A DNA stretch of 64,000 nt from Spirochaetota bacterium. Its GTDB lineage: Bacteria; Spirochaetota; UBA4802; UBA5550. A program made the position numbers and the translations under genes. Shown piece after piece: positions 49,850-59,819 of this stretch. The notes beneath the pieces are model-generated. The model had not been told where the DNA came from and ran no database searches. It worked only from the letters and a program-made list of their open reading frames with translations. Every line of letters begins with the position of its first letter. The first letter of the stretch is position 1. The DNA is taken from NCBI GenBank assembly GCA_963664815.2, contig CAXXHB010000003.1, forward strand, positions 1,664,001 through 1,728,000, read 5' to 3'.

Positions 49850-50503
49850 TTGAAAATAGTTATAGTTGATGATCACCCGGTAGTCAGAAAAGGATTAAAG
49901 ACAATTCTTGAAGAGAGCGGGTATACGGTTTGCGGCGAGGCAGAGGATGGCAATGGTGCGATTAAGATAGTCGTCGAGACTGAACCTGATCTTATTATAG
50001 TAGACATTGAGCTAAAGGGTAATGTAAACGGCATTGAACTTATTTCAGCTATCAAAAGCAGATTCAGCAGAGTGGTGATACTTGTTATGTCAATGGATGA
50101 CGGCACACTATATGCCGAGAGAGCTATACAGGCCGGGGCTAAAGGTTATCTTACAAAGGCTGAGGCTTCAGAAAATATTATTAATGCAATAGAAACAGTG
50201 ATGAGAGGTAAGCTATATCTCAGCAGGTCTATCTCCGAGAAAATTGCCGGCAAACATATACTTGGTTCAGTCGATGAGAATGAGGTAAACGTCTCGCTTT
50301 TAAGCCCAAAGGAGTTTGAAATATTCAGTCTCCTTGGAAAAGGGTACAAGCGAAATGAGATTAGCAGGCAGCTGAATATGAATATCAATACTATTGAAAG
50401 CCACAGAAGAAATATCAGAGACAAGTTTAATCTGAAGAATTCTTCAGAGATTACCAGAGCTGCCGTTAACTGGGTTATAAGAGAAAGAGGCTTAATCATT
50501 TAG
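49850..50503 (+). CDS. NarL/LuxR family response regulator
   Basis: IVDDHP REC domain and LSPKEFEIF..ISRQLNM HTH; TTG start; follows its probable cognate HisKA_3 kinase. Confidence 0.92.
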   Translation: MKIVIVDDHPVVRKGLKTILEESGYTVCGEAEDGNGAIKIVVETEPDLIIVDIELKGNVNGIELISAIKSRFSRVVILVMSMDDGTLYAERAIQAGAKGYLTKAEASENIINAIETVMRGKLYLSRSISEKIAGKHILGSVDENEVNVSLLSPKEFEIFSLLGKGYKRNEISRQLNMNINTIESHRRNIRDKFNLKNSSEITRAAVNWVIRERGLII

Positions 50504-50810
50504 CTGTTTCTGTTGTGGATTGTTGTAAGAATTCTGAATTATTTTTCTCTTCTTCAATTCCAAACATCAGAACAATTCTTTTATCACAACCGACAAGAAT
50601 CGGTTTCATACTTACAATAAGTTCATCACTTTTCCGGTATGCTTCGCGTAAAATAAGTTCAAAACCTGTAAGTTCATCATCATTTACCCGGTTCATATTT
50701 TTTAACCCGTTAACAGCAAATTTTAAGGCCTGGAATGCTGACATTATATCATATAATTTATATTCCACACCCTCGGTATTGAATGCAAAAATTTCCATAG
50801 CAGTCTCCAT
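50496..50810 (-). CDS. Hypothetical protein
   Basis: 104-aa ORF divergent from an XRE gene; no motif recognised. Confidence 0.55.
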   Translation of the reverse strand: METAMEIFAFNTEGVEYKLYDIMSAFQALKFAVNGLKNMNRVNDDELTGFELILREAYRKSDELIVSMKPILVGCDKRIVLMFGIEEEKNNSEFLQQSTTETAK

Positions 50811-50898
50811 AAAATATTAATGTTGCAATTAATAATGCTCTTTAATAGATATGTGATATAATAAGGATTAAAAAACATTTTTAATAAAAAGTATAATG

Positions 50899-50914
50899 AT
50901 TAAGTATACTTAAT
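50899..50914. promoter_or_regulatory. Perfect 16-bp palindrome, candidate XRE operator
   Basis: ATTAAGTATACTTAAT in the divergent intergenic region. A second half-site ATTAAGTA lies at 50928. Confidence 0.45.
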
Positions 50915-50958
50915 ACGTCAATTATAAATTAAGTAAAATAAATCATTTGCGGAGAAAA

Positions 50959-51465
50959 GTGCGTGATCGTTTAAAAAAATTAATCCCTGTTTCCGGGTTG
51001 AATCAGAAAGAATTTTCTGCTCGAATTGGTGTTTCTTCATCAGCCCTTACACAGTTTATTAAAGGACAATCAAAAGGTCTTAATTCAGAAACATTGATTT
51101 CGATAATAAATGAATTTGATGTAAATCCATCATGGCTCCTTACCGGAGTTGGAGAGATGTTTAATAAATATTCTCATGTGATTGATGCTGACACTGAAAA
51201 GGTCGGGGAACTGAAAAATAAAAGCTGGAGTAGTCAATCATTATACGATATAAAAGACTTTGAACAGATTTCTAATACAAAATGGTATATGAATCTGTTG
51301 AAAGAGCAGAGAGATCTTATAACTGGTCTCTGCGCTATTAAGGATCCCGATATTTTAAGAAAGTTATCTGAGATAATAAATAGAAGAGTGGTATATGACG
51401 AGACGGAAGAAAAACTTATTAGGGAGCTAAAAGATCTTGAAGACAATATTCATTCGGGGGGTTAA
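50959..51465 (+). CDS. XRE family (phage CI-like) HTH regulator
   Basis: LNQKEFSARIGVSSSALTQF..VNPSWLLTGVGEMF. GTG start after GGAG (ORF track starts at 50947). Confidence 0.85.
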   Translation: MRDRLKKLIPVSGLNQKEFSARIGVSSSALTQFIKGQSKGLNSETLISIINEFDVNPSWLLTGVGEMFNKYSHVIDADTEKVGELKNKSWSSQSLYDIKDFEQISNTKWYMNLLKEQRDLITGLCAIKDPDILRKLSEIINRRVVYDETEEKLIRELKDLEDNIHSGG

Positions 51466-51545
51466 AAGTATAAATGTTGTTTTAAGGTATCGGCATTTCA
51501 TTCTGACTGAGACTTATCAGGTAATATTTAAAGCAGATTACATTA

Positions 51546-51935
51546 TTATTCACCAAATAGTGCTGTGTATTCAGGCAGGTGCCTGAGATTCTCTTCATCT
51601 TTTGCAAGCGCCATTTTTAAAACGGCAAGAAATATCTTTTTTACTTCAATTCTTGTTACAACATCCATTTTCGCGTTAAGAAGCTTAAGCATGGCTGCAT
51701 CATCCGGTTCGATGAAATTCGGGAGTATATGTTTAATCTGTCCGAAATCGTCTAAAAAAAATTCCCACAGGTTGGTGTTAAAGAACTTACTTATTTTAAT
51801 TATCCCCTCAAGTGATGGGTAGTCGGTCCTTTCCCATGAGGATATAGTTGTCGACGGGATATCAAGTTTTTCGGCAAGCTCTCTCTGGCTATATCCATAA
51901 TGTTCCCGTAATTTTCTTAATTTATCACCATACAT
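51546..51935 (-). CDS. XRE family HTH regulator
   Basis: LRKLREHYGYSQRELAEKLDIPSTTISSWER..PS. Confidence 0.9.
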   Translation of the reverse strand: MYGDKLRKLREHYGYSQRELAEKLDIPSTTISSWERTDYPSLEGIIKISKFFNTNLWEFFLDDFGQIKHILPNFIEPDDAAMLKLLNAKMDVVTRIEVKKIFLAVLKMALAKDEENLRHLPEYTALFGE

Positions 51936-52055
51936 AATATTTGATATAGAATGATGCGCAAAAAAAGAAAGTTAATTTGCAAAAACGAGCAAAAAATTGT
52001 TGACGAAATGAGCAATATTATAGTATAAAATATTGTAGGTGAGCATTAAAATGCT

Positions 52056-52403
52056 ATGAAAACTTCAACCAATATAGCATCAGTTCTTAATACAATACAT
52101 TTTGAAACCGGTTCTCCGGATGCAACAGAAATTTCAAAACTACTCCGTGAAAAGGGACTAACGCCTTATATATTTATCAGAATGGGATTTAAATACCTCG
52201 TTCATGGGAATTACAGCAAAGCACAGAGGTATATAAATTATGCCATGGAGTTCAGGGGAGAATTTTTCAAGGCCGATACACCTGAGGATCGGGAGTATTG
52301 TGTCGAGATGCAGCTATTAAGCGCTGCATGTATATTTCTTACGCAGAAGTTTAAAAAGCTTCCGCCGGAAGTTGATCCCGAAGGGATAGAGTGGAGGAGG
52401 TGA
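52056..52403 (+). CDS. Hypothetical helical protein
   Basis: Divergent from an XRE gene; shares the GL(T/S)PYI motif with the next ORF. Confidence 0.65.
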   Translation: MKTSTNIASVLNTIHFETGSPDATEISKLLREKGLTPYIFIRMGFKYLVHGNYSKAQRYINYAMEFRGEFFKADTPEDREYCVEMQLLSAACIFLTQKFKKLPPEVDPEGIEWRR

Positions 52404-52496
52404 GTACCGGTGCAGAGGTTTGCTTTTTAATATTCCCAGGAACAGCATTCCCTCGCTGTTCGGGGTCTTTAAAATAAAAAGATAAAGAGGAAGCAT

Positions 52497-52841
52497 ATGG
52501 AAATCAATAAAATTGATGGTAAAGCAGACATCACAGGAGGATGCCGGATATCAGGCTCATCAGGTAGAGGGATAACAGCAAAGGTGTTAAAGGGTATAGG
52601 GTTATCACCCTATATTTACCTGGGTTTCGCCTGTGATCTTCTTTCGGCAGGATACAATGAGGCTGCTCTTGAGGTACTTTCATATACGGAATCTCTGTTT
52701 GGAAATAAGATTCCTGTAAGGCCTGAGTATGACAACGATTGTAGAGAATCTATTGAGCTGCTCAGGTTGATTGTTAAAAAGTATCCTGATGAATTCAGGT
52801 ATTTATTAAATAATTATCAAAGCAGTAATTCCTATAAATAG
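52497..52841 (+). CDS. Hypothetical helical protein, paralogue of 52056-52403
   Basis: GAGG RBS; LKGIGLSPYIYL versus LREKGLTPYIFI. Confidence 0.65.
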   Translation: MEINKIDGKADITGGCRISGSSGRGITAKVLKGIGLSPYIYLGFACDLLSAGYNEAALEVLSYTESLFGNKIPVRPEYDNDCRESIELLRLIVKKYPDEFRYLLNNYQSSNSYK

Positions 52842-52859
52842 AAAGGTGGCTGTATTTCT

Positions 52860-53129
52860 ATGGATCGTGTATCCGTAATAAATCATGAACACAGAACAGA
52901 GCTTGGGTTGTCAGTTGATGAGTATGTCGTATGTCTGGAGGCTGTGAAGTGCATTGATTTTGAAATCATTGAAAGAGCGGAGTATGTTTCCGCTAAATGT
53001 CTTATTCCTCTTGGAAGGGTAATAAATATACTGGCACACCTATCATCAAGGGGAATCATCTCAGCTTGCAGTGTATCTGAGAAATGGATTGATAGTTATG
53101 AAAAGTATTACGGTGTAAAGAGTGTATGA
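52860..53129 (+). CDS. Small hypothetical winged-helix-like protein
   Basis: RTELGLSVDEYVV..GRVINILAHLSSRGII resembles a wHTH; AAAGGTGG RBS. Confidence 0.55.
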   Translation: MDRVSVINHEHRTELGLSVDEYVVCLEAVKCIDFEIIERAEYVSAKCLIPLGRVINILAHLSSRGIISACSVSEKWIDSYEKYYGVKSV

Positions 53130-53238
53130 TAAATTAAGGGAATTGCATTAACAGTTCATATTACCACTTGGGAAATGGATTGTTATGAAAATGAAAAAGA
53201 TGAAAGTTTATGAGAGAGAAATTAAATCGGTATAATAA

Positions 53239-54288
53239 TCAATATATCATTGAAACAACCTTTACAAGCAGGTAAACTGTTTTTCCAGCCTTCAAACCAA
53301 GTCGGACAGCAGATGCCTTTGATACCTGGGCTGAAAGTGGTACTCCTATATTACAATGTACCAGTAAACGGACTCCATCAGTTTCTTCAAGGCTTACTAT
53401 TTTCCCTTTGAAAATATTGGTAGTACTGATGTTTTCTGGTTTGTTTAAAGAAATTGTTACGTCTGAAGCTCTGACTGCAGCTCTGATTTCGTTTTCTCCG
53501 GGATATGCGGCTGAGAGAATCCGTATTGTTCCACCTTGAAAACCGGCAGTAATGACACCGAATTCATTATTATATCTTTTAAAATTACAGTTGAAAACCG
53601 AGATATATTCGCCGTTCCCTTCATTAATACCAAGACCGTGGTATTCTCCCCCAAGGCTGCCGCTACTTTTGATGTGTCCCTTTTCTACGTGTATCAGTTT
53701 ATCACTGAGTCTCAGAATCTCACGTATTGAATGGGTGACGTAGAATACCGGGATACCGAACTGTTCCGGAAGCCTGTCTATATATGTCATTAATTCTTCT
53801 CTTCGTTCCGGGTCAAGGGAGGCTAATGGTTCATCCATAAGCAGTATATTGGGGCGCATAATAAGCGCGCGACCTATTGCCACACGTTGTTTTTCACCTC
53901 CTGACAGCTTTGCCGGCATACGTTCAAGAAGCTGTTCTATTCCAAGAAGTGCTACGGTTTCCTTCAGCATCGAGTGATCACTGTGCCTACTGTAGAGAAG
54001 ATTGCGGCGGACGTTAATGTGCGGAAAGAGCCTTCCATCCTGGAAAATGTAACCACAACGCCGTTGTTCAATAGGGCAGTTGATTTTTCTTTCCGAGTCG
54101 AATAAAAGTCTGTTGTTAATGCGGATGTGTCCCTCATCCGGTGTAAGAAGACCGGCTATCATGTTTATAATTGTTGTTTTTCCGGAGCCCGAAGGGCCGG
54201 CAAGTACGGTTATACCGGATACTTCAGAGGAGAATTCAGCATCAACATTAAAAAAGCCCAAACTTTTCTTCAGTTTTACATCAATCAT
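53239..54288 (-). CDS. modC: Molybdate ABC transporter ATP-binding protein
   Basis: GPSGSGKT, FQDGRLFPH, LSGGEKQRVAIGRAL, DEP motifs and C-terminal TOBE domain. Confidence 0.94.
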   Translation of the reverse strand: MIDVKLKKSLGFFNVDAEFSSEVSGITVLAGPSGSGKTTIINMIAGLLTPDEGHIRINNRLLFDSERKINCPIEQRRCGYIFQDGRLFPHINVRRNLLYSRHSDHSMLKETVALLGIEQLLERMPAKLSGGEKQRVAIGRALIMRPNILLMDEPLASLDPERREELMTYIDRLPEQFGIPVFYVTHSIREILRLSDKLIHVEKGHIKSSGSLGGEYHGLGINEGNGEYISVFNCNFKRYNNEFGVITAGFQGGTIRILSAAYPGENEIRAAVRASDVTISLNKPENISTTNIFKGKIVSLEETDGVRLLVHCNIGVPLSAQVSKASAVRLGLKAGKTVYLLVKVVSMIY

Positions 54289-54971
54289 ATATTAATTCTT
54301 GCAGAAGCTTTTCTGGCTGTTAACTCTGATATTGCAAGCGCTGCAATTGCAATGATTATGGAAACAGCACAGAGTCGCGCTGCCATCATTTCAGAGCCGG
54401 GTGTCTGCGTATAAGAATAGAGCGCAAGCGGAAGAGTCTGTGTCTCTCCCGGGATATTGGCAACAAAAGTAACAGTGGCGCCGAATTCACCGAGGCTGCG
54501 TGCAAATCCCAATATACTTCCGGATATTATTCCTGGAACAGAAAGAGGAAGAGTAATGGTCATGAATATTCGAAAGCTTCCGGCGCCAAGTGTACGGGCA
54601 GCCTCCTCAAGTTTGATATCAACGGCTTCGATTGACAGGCGTATGGATCGTACCATCAACGGGAAGCTCATTACAAGAGAGGCTATAACTGCCCCTTTCC
54701 AGTTGAAAGCGAATTTTATCCCTATTTTCATAAGTAGATTCCCGATAGGTGTATATCTTCCAAGCGTGATGATAAGGATATAACCTGTAACAACAGGCGG
54801 GACAACAAGTGGGAGATGAATAGCTGCATCAAGCAGTATCTTCCCTCTGAAACTGCGGCGTGCAAGCAGGTGGGCGATGGCGAGAGCAGGTATCAAACCT
54901 GCTATTACTGACCATATACCCACACGGATGCTCAGCAGAATTGCATTAAGTTCATCTCCTGAAAGATACAT
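54285..54971 (-). CDS. modB: Molybdate ABC transporter permease
   Basis: LPLVVPPVVTGY, EEAARTLGA, FARSLGEFGAT and NIPGETQTLP motifs. Confidence 0.95.
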   Translation of the reverse strand: MYLSGDELNAILLSIRVGIWSVIAGLIPALAIAHLLARRSFRGKILLDAAIHLPLVVPPVVTGYILIITLGRYTPIGNLLMKIGIKFAFNWKGAVIASLVMSFPLMVRSIRLSIEAVDIKLEEAARTLGAGSFRIFMTITLPLSVPGIISGSILGFARSLGEFGATVTFVANIPGETQTLPLALYSYTQTPGSEMMAARLCAVSIIIAIAALAISELTARKASARINI

Positions 54972-55760
54972 CTATTTGACGTTAAAACCGTATTTCAGGA
55001 GTATTTCTTTTGAATCCTTGCTATTCAGGTATTTAAGGAAAGCGGCTGCTTCTCCAATGTTCTTGCCGGTCAAGGCGCAAACAGGGTAAGTGATGGGGCT
55101 GTGAGCTTCTTTCTTGAATGTGTATATAGTTTTTATTTTGGATGAAAGCATTGCGTCAGTCTTATATACAATACCGAAATCTGCCTGTGATGTTTCAACT
55201 GCATTCAATGTTTTTCTTACATCGGGGTAGAAGGCGATTCGTTTTGATCCGGAAATTTTTTCCCACAGTTTGTGGTATTCAAGAGCTTCCTGTCCGTATT
55301 TGCCGGCGGGTACCGGTTTGGGGTCTCCCATTGCAAGATAACCTTCTCCTATAGCCTCGAAAAGTTTATCGGGGAATTTAAAACCGGTGTTTGCTTTTGG
55401 TGAAGCTACAATTACAAGAGAATTGGAGGCAAAAGTAAATATAGTTCCCTTTTCTACAAAATTCTTTTCATCAAGGTATTTTGCCCATTTTGTATCGGCC
55501 GAGATGAAGATATCAGCATTGGCGCCATTCTCAATCTGGTGTGCAAGGTCGCCGCTGGAACCGAAGATGGTCACAAACTCTGCTGAAGATTTATTGTTTT
55601 TCCTGTAGCAGTCAATAATATCATTAACAGCTTCTTTTGTCGATGCCGCGGCATAGATATAAATTTTATTAATTGAATAAAGATTATTGCTGCAGAGGAG
55701 CAGAGCAGCGCAGAATATAGAAATAGTAAAACGAGCGATATGCGACATTATATATTTCAT
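54972..55760 (-). CDS. modA: Molybdate ABC transporter substrate-binding protein
   Basis: YAAAS, GSSGDL..IENGA.ADIFISA, VPAGKY and VYKTD motifs; GGAGG RBS. Confidence 0.94.
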   Translation of the reverse strand: MKYIMSHIARFTISIFCAALLLCSNNLYSINKIYIYAAASTKEAVNDIIDCYRKNNKSSAEFVTIFGSSGDLAHQIENGANADIFISADTKWAKYLDEKNFVEKGTIFTFASNSLVIVASPKANTGFKFPDKLFEAIGEGYLAMGDPKPVPAGKYGQEALEYHKLWEKISGSKRIAFYPDVRKTLNAVETSQADFGIVYKTDAMLSSKIKTIYTFKKEAHSPITYPVCALTGKNIGEAAAFLKYLNSKDSKEILLKYGFNVK

Positions 55761-56306
55761 TTAATCCTCCTGTATAAGATAAATCTCTATTGACCGTACG
55801 ACAGAAAGTTTATTGAAATATATAGAATTGTCAATATGTTTTTAAGATACATTTTGAATTCCTCAGTTCATTCCGGATGTACCGGAATTTTTTATAATAT
55901 TCAATTAAAATGGTATTAAACACTGAAAAATTTATTATAAAAACTGGTAAATAAAATGGATTAACATACTAATCTGATTAAAAAAGTATTATATTGAAGA
56001 AGTAATATTTACCAGACAGAATTTTGACCCATCCCGACAGTTACAAATGAATAAGAAGGATTTAGAACTGCCAATAACAGAGAAAGCATATTATCCATAT
56101 ACATTAATATCAGCTTTCTACAGAACGGGAAGATGAGTTTTTAAATCATTCATCATCATTATCGCATAAAATTTGTAAAACCTGATTTCGGAAGGTGGAT
56201 GAGATTATCATATATAAAGTAATAATTTTAAAAAGTTGATTATATGTTGAATACATTAATAATAAATGAATATGGCGGGGAAGAATTAAATAACAAGTGA
56301 AAAATT

Positions 56307-57530
56307 ATGCTGGAAGTAAAAACAGTTGAAGAGGTTTTTAAAATAACCTGGAATGAATTCAGGGGATATATGATTGAGTCTGAATTTATTTCAATCCTTG
56401 ATGCTGTCGGAAGAATTCTGGCTGAAGATATAATCTCGTCAGAAAATGTTCCGTCATTTACAAGATCCTCTGTTGATGGTTATGCAGTTATTGCCTCCGA
56501 TACTTTCGGAGTATCTGAAACTATGAGCGGACAATTATTGAAGTCAGAACCGGTTGAGATGGGTGTTACTCCCTTGAATATGTTAAAAAAAGGTTATGCC
56601 GCGTATATTCCCACCGGGGGCGAGCTGCCAAAGAATGCAGATGCAGTTGTAATGATAGAATATACAGAGGATAATAACGATGAGTTTATTTATATTAATA
56701 AACCTGTCGCGCCCGGGAATAATGTTGTGTTAACTGGTGATGATATAAAGGTTGGGAGCGTCTTATTCAGATCAGGAAAAAAACTGAAAACAGCCGATAT
56801 CGGTGTTCTTGCTGCGGTCGGTATAGACCGGGTTAGTGTAAAGAGAAAACTGAGAGTAGGTATCATCGCAACCGGTAATGAAATTGTTCAGATTGAAAAT
56901 AAGCCTGAGAATGCACAGGTAAGAGATATCAATTCGAGCTTTCTGTATGCGGCAGTAAAGGAGTATAATGCTGAACCTGTTTTGTATGGTATTATTGAAG
57001 ATGATTATGAAAAGATTAAAACTGTTGCTGCAAGTGCTGTTAATGAATGTGATCTTGTCTGCATATCTGGCGGAAGTTCGGCAGGGGACAAAGATGAGAC
57101 TGCTAGAATTATAGATTCGCTCGGGAATCCTGGAGTGATGGTTCATGGTATTGCAGTAAAACCGGGAAAACCGACAATAATCGGCAGGATTAATAACAAA
57201 CCGGTTGTTGGGTTGCCGGGACATCCTGCTTCTGCCTTCATGATTTACTCTGTCTTTGTCAGAAATATTCTGGATATAATGAGCGGAGTATTGCATGAGT
57301 CTAAAAAAACTGCCGGGGCTGTGTTGTCGCAGAATTATCCGTCAGATACTGGACGCGAGGAATTTCTGCCTGTAAGGCTGGATATTCAGAGTGATATATG
57401 TTTTGCACACCCGGTTTTCGGAAATTCTGGGCAGATCAAAATGCTATCTGATGCGGACGGTTATGTTCATATTAAACGCGGAACTGAAGGGATTATGGCC
57501 GGCAGTACGATTGAAGTAATACTATTTTAA
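56307..57530 (+). CDS. moeA: Molybdopterin molybdenumtransferase MoeA
   Basis: GRILAED, SSVDGYAV, IPTGG, ADAVVMIE, SGGSSAG, VKPGKP and GLPGHP motifs. Confidence 0.93.
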   Translation: MLEVKTVEEVFKITWNEFRGYMIESEFISILDAVGRILAEDIISSENVPSFTRSSVDGYAVIASDTFGVSETMSGQLLKSEPVEMGVTPLNMLKKGYAAYIPTGGELPKNADAVVMIEYTEDNNDEFIYINKPVAPGNNVVLTGDDIKVGSVLFRSGKKLKTADIGVLAAVGIDRVSVKRKLRVGIIATGNEIVQIENKPENAQVRDINSSFLYAAVKEYNAEPVLYGIIEDDYEKIKTVAASAVNECDLVCISGGSSAGDKDETARIIDSLGNPGVMVHGIAVKPGKPTIIGRINNKPVVGLPGHPASAFMIYSVFVRNILDIMSGVLHESKKTAGAVLSQNYPSDTGREEFLPVRLDIQSDICFAHPVFGNSGQIKMLSDADGYVHIKRGTEGIMAGSTIEVILF

Positions 57531-57543
57531 AAAAGAGTAAATT

Positions 57544-59448
57544 ATGGGATTCAGTTATCTCGAAAATAAAGATCTTGAATATGTATTAAAAGAGTATATT
57601 TCATTCATTTCGGACAGGATTAATAAATCTGACGAAGAGATTGACGTCTCCTGTTGCAACGGAAGAATAACATCGGAAGCAGTTTATGCCGCAATATCTT
57701 CACCACATTACATTGCAAGCGCCATGGATGGTATTGCGGCAATCGCATCAAAAACATTCGGTGCAACTGAAACCACTCCGGTTATTTTAAAAGAGAATGA
57801 TGATTTTGAAAGAATAGATACCGGCGATCCGATACCTGATAGATTTGACACGGTTATAATGATTGAAGATGTAATTGAGCTGAATGACGGGACTGTGAAG
57901 CTGATTAGCGCCGTTTTTCCGTGGCAGAATATACGACAGATAGGTGAAGACATCTGTCAGGGAGAAATGATTGTTCCCTCGAACACAAAAATAGTACCTG
58001 CTGTAACAGGTGCATTGCTGGCTGGAGGAGTTTCTTCGGTTAAAGTATGGAAGAAACCCGTTGTAGGTATTATACCAACGGGTGATGAAATAATCAGGCC
58101 TGTAAAGAATCCAGAGAAAGGCAAGATGATAGAGTTTAATTCATCTGTATTTTCATCAATGCTTACTGACTGGGGTGCTGATTTCAGAATTTATGATATA
58201 GTTCAGGATAAATATGATCTTATAAAAAGTGCTGTATTGAATGCTGCAGGCGAATGTGATATCGTATTGATAAATGCCGGTTCTTCCGCCGGGAGAGATG
58301 ATTACACTTCCAGTGTTGTAATGGAATTGGGAAGTGTTCTTTTTCACGGTATATCTATAAGGCCAGGTAAGCCTGCGATTCTTGGAGTAGTTGAAAATAA
58401 ACCGGTATTAGGGATTCCGGGATATCCTGTATCCGGGATAATCATAATGGATCAGGTCGTAAAAAAGGTAGTGGAATTATACCTGTCAAATACTTTTGAT
58501 ACACGTCCGGTAGTTAAGGCTTCGTTGTCCAGGAAAATTATTTCTTCCCTGAAATACAAGGAATTCATAAGAGTAAAACTCGGCGATGTCGCAGGTAAAA
58601 TTATTGCGACACCTCTTACTTCAGGATCGGGAGTTATTACTTCATTTATCAGAGCGGACGGGCTTCTTGTAATTCCACAGAACACTGAGGGATATGAAAG
58701 TGGAACTATCGTTGATGTGGAACTGCTGAAGGGTATAGGAGATATAAGAAATACTATTGTTATTACCGGGAGTCATGATCCTCTTATAGATGAGATTTCA
58801 GACATTTTAAGAAGAAACAGTTTTAACTATTTTGTCGCTTCGTCTCATGCCGGCAGTATGGCAGGACTCATGGCGATAAAAAAAAAGGAGACCCATATAG
58901 CGGGAATTCATCTGCTTGATGAAAATACCGGCGAGTATAATATTTCATACATGAAAAAATATCTTAATACAGGTGAGGCAGTACTGGTTAAGGGTGTCAA
59001 GAGAATACAGGGTCTGATTGTAGCAAAAAACAATCCCCTGAATATAAAAAAAATCGGTGATCTGGGAAGGAATAATATCCGTTTTGTAAACAGGCAGAGG
59101 GGATCGGGAACAAGGATATTACTCGATTATCTTTTAAACAGGGAAAAAATAGTTCCTGATGAAATTTACGGTTATAAAAGAGAGGAATATACTCATCTCT
59201 CTGTAGCAGTTCAGATATCACAGGGAAGCGCTGATGCGGGGCTAGGGATATATTCAGCCGCAAAAATATGTGGTCTTGATTTTGTTCCGGTCTGCGAAGA
59301 GGATTATGATTTTATCATTCAAAAAGAAAACATAAACTTTGTTCTGGTGCAGAAATTTATTTCCATTCTGAAATCAGAAGATTTCAGACAACGACTTTCA
59401 GTTGCCGGCGGTTATAAACTTGAAGAGTGCGGCAGAATTATTGCTTAA
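57544..59448 (+). CDS. moeA: MoeA fused to a LysR-type/PBP substrate-binding domain
   Basis: SAMDG, NAGSSAGRDD, RPGKP and PGYPVS motifs, then GSHD, GSMAGL and VNRQRGSGTR (PBP-like). Confidence 0.9.
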   Translation: MGFSYLENKDLEYVLKEYISFISDRINKSDEEIDVSCCNGRITSEAVYAAISSPHYIASAMDGIAAIASKTFGATETTPVILKENDDFERIDTGDPIPDRFDTVIMIEDVIELNDGTVKLISAVFPWQNIRQIGEDICQGEMIVPSNTKIVPAVTGALLAGGVSSVKVWKKPVVGIIPTGDEIIRPVKNPEKGKMIEFNSSVFSSMLTDWGADFRIYDIVQDKYDLIKSAVLNAAGECDIVLINAGSSAGRDDYTSSVVMELGSVLFHGISIRPGKPAILGVVENKPVLGIPGYPVSGIIIMDQVVKKVVELYLSNTFDTRPVVKASLSRKIISSLKYKEFIRVKLGDVAGKIIATPLTSGSGVITSFIRADGLLVIPQNTEGYESGTIVDVELLKGIGDIRNTIVITGSHDPLIDEISDILRRNSFNYFVASSHAGSMAGLMAIKKKETHIAGIHLLDENTGEYNISYMKKYLNTGEAVLVKGVKRIQGLIVAKNNPLNIKKIGDLGRNNIRFVNRQRGSGTRILLDYLLNREKIVPDEIYGYKREEYTHLSVAVQISQGSADAGLGIYSAAKICGLDFVPVCEEDYDFIIQKENINFVLVQKFISILKSEDFRQRLSVAGGYKLEECGRIIA

Positions 59449-59819
59449 CCTGACTAATGTGGATTAAAGTTGATATGCTGATCACAGCAGAAAATCAACT
59501 GATTAAAGATCTCTCTGACATCATCATTTCATCGAGATGAAAAGATAATGTTTTAATTAATAAAATATAAATATTACAAAATAAATAAATAAATAAAGAC
59601 CGTCGTATATTTGTCATACGTGGGAAACAGTACATTTCATTACATTTTTTGCCCCTTCATTGCTATATTATAATACACTTCCGTTTACATAAATTTCTGT
59701 ATAATGGTAATTGTTTAAAAATTATAAATATTATATTTTAAACGAAAATAATTTTATGTGCATACGGCTTCAGCTTGTATAAAAATCTGTTATGTCGTAT
59801 CAATTATATGGAGGAATTT

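Noticed and set aside
50496-53129. Intact prophage or integrative element
   Set aside because: No integrase, terminase, structural genes or flanking direct repeats were seen.
56108-56200. Moco/Tuco riboswitch on the minus strand upstream of modA
   Set aside because: CTTCCCGTTCTGTAGAAAG resembles the motif's 3' end. However, P1 does not close, the GNRA-capped stem is missing, and it lies about 350 nt from the modA start.
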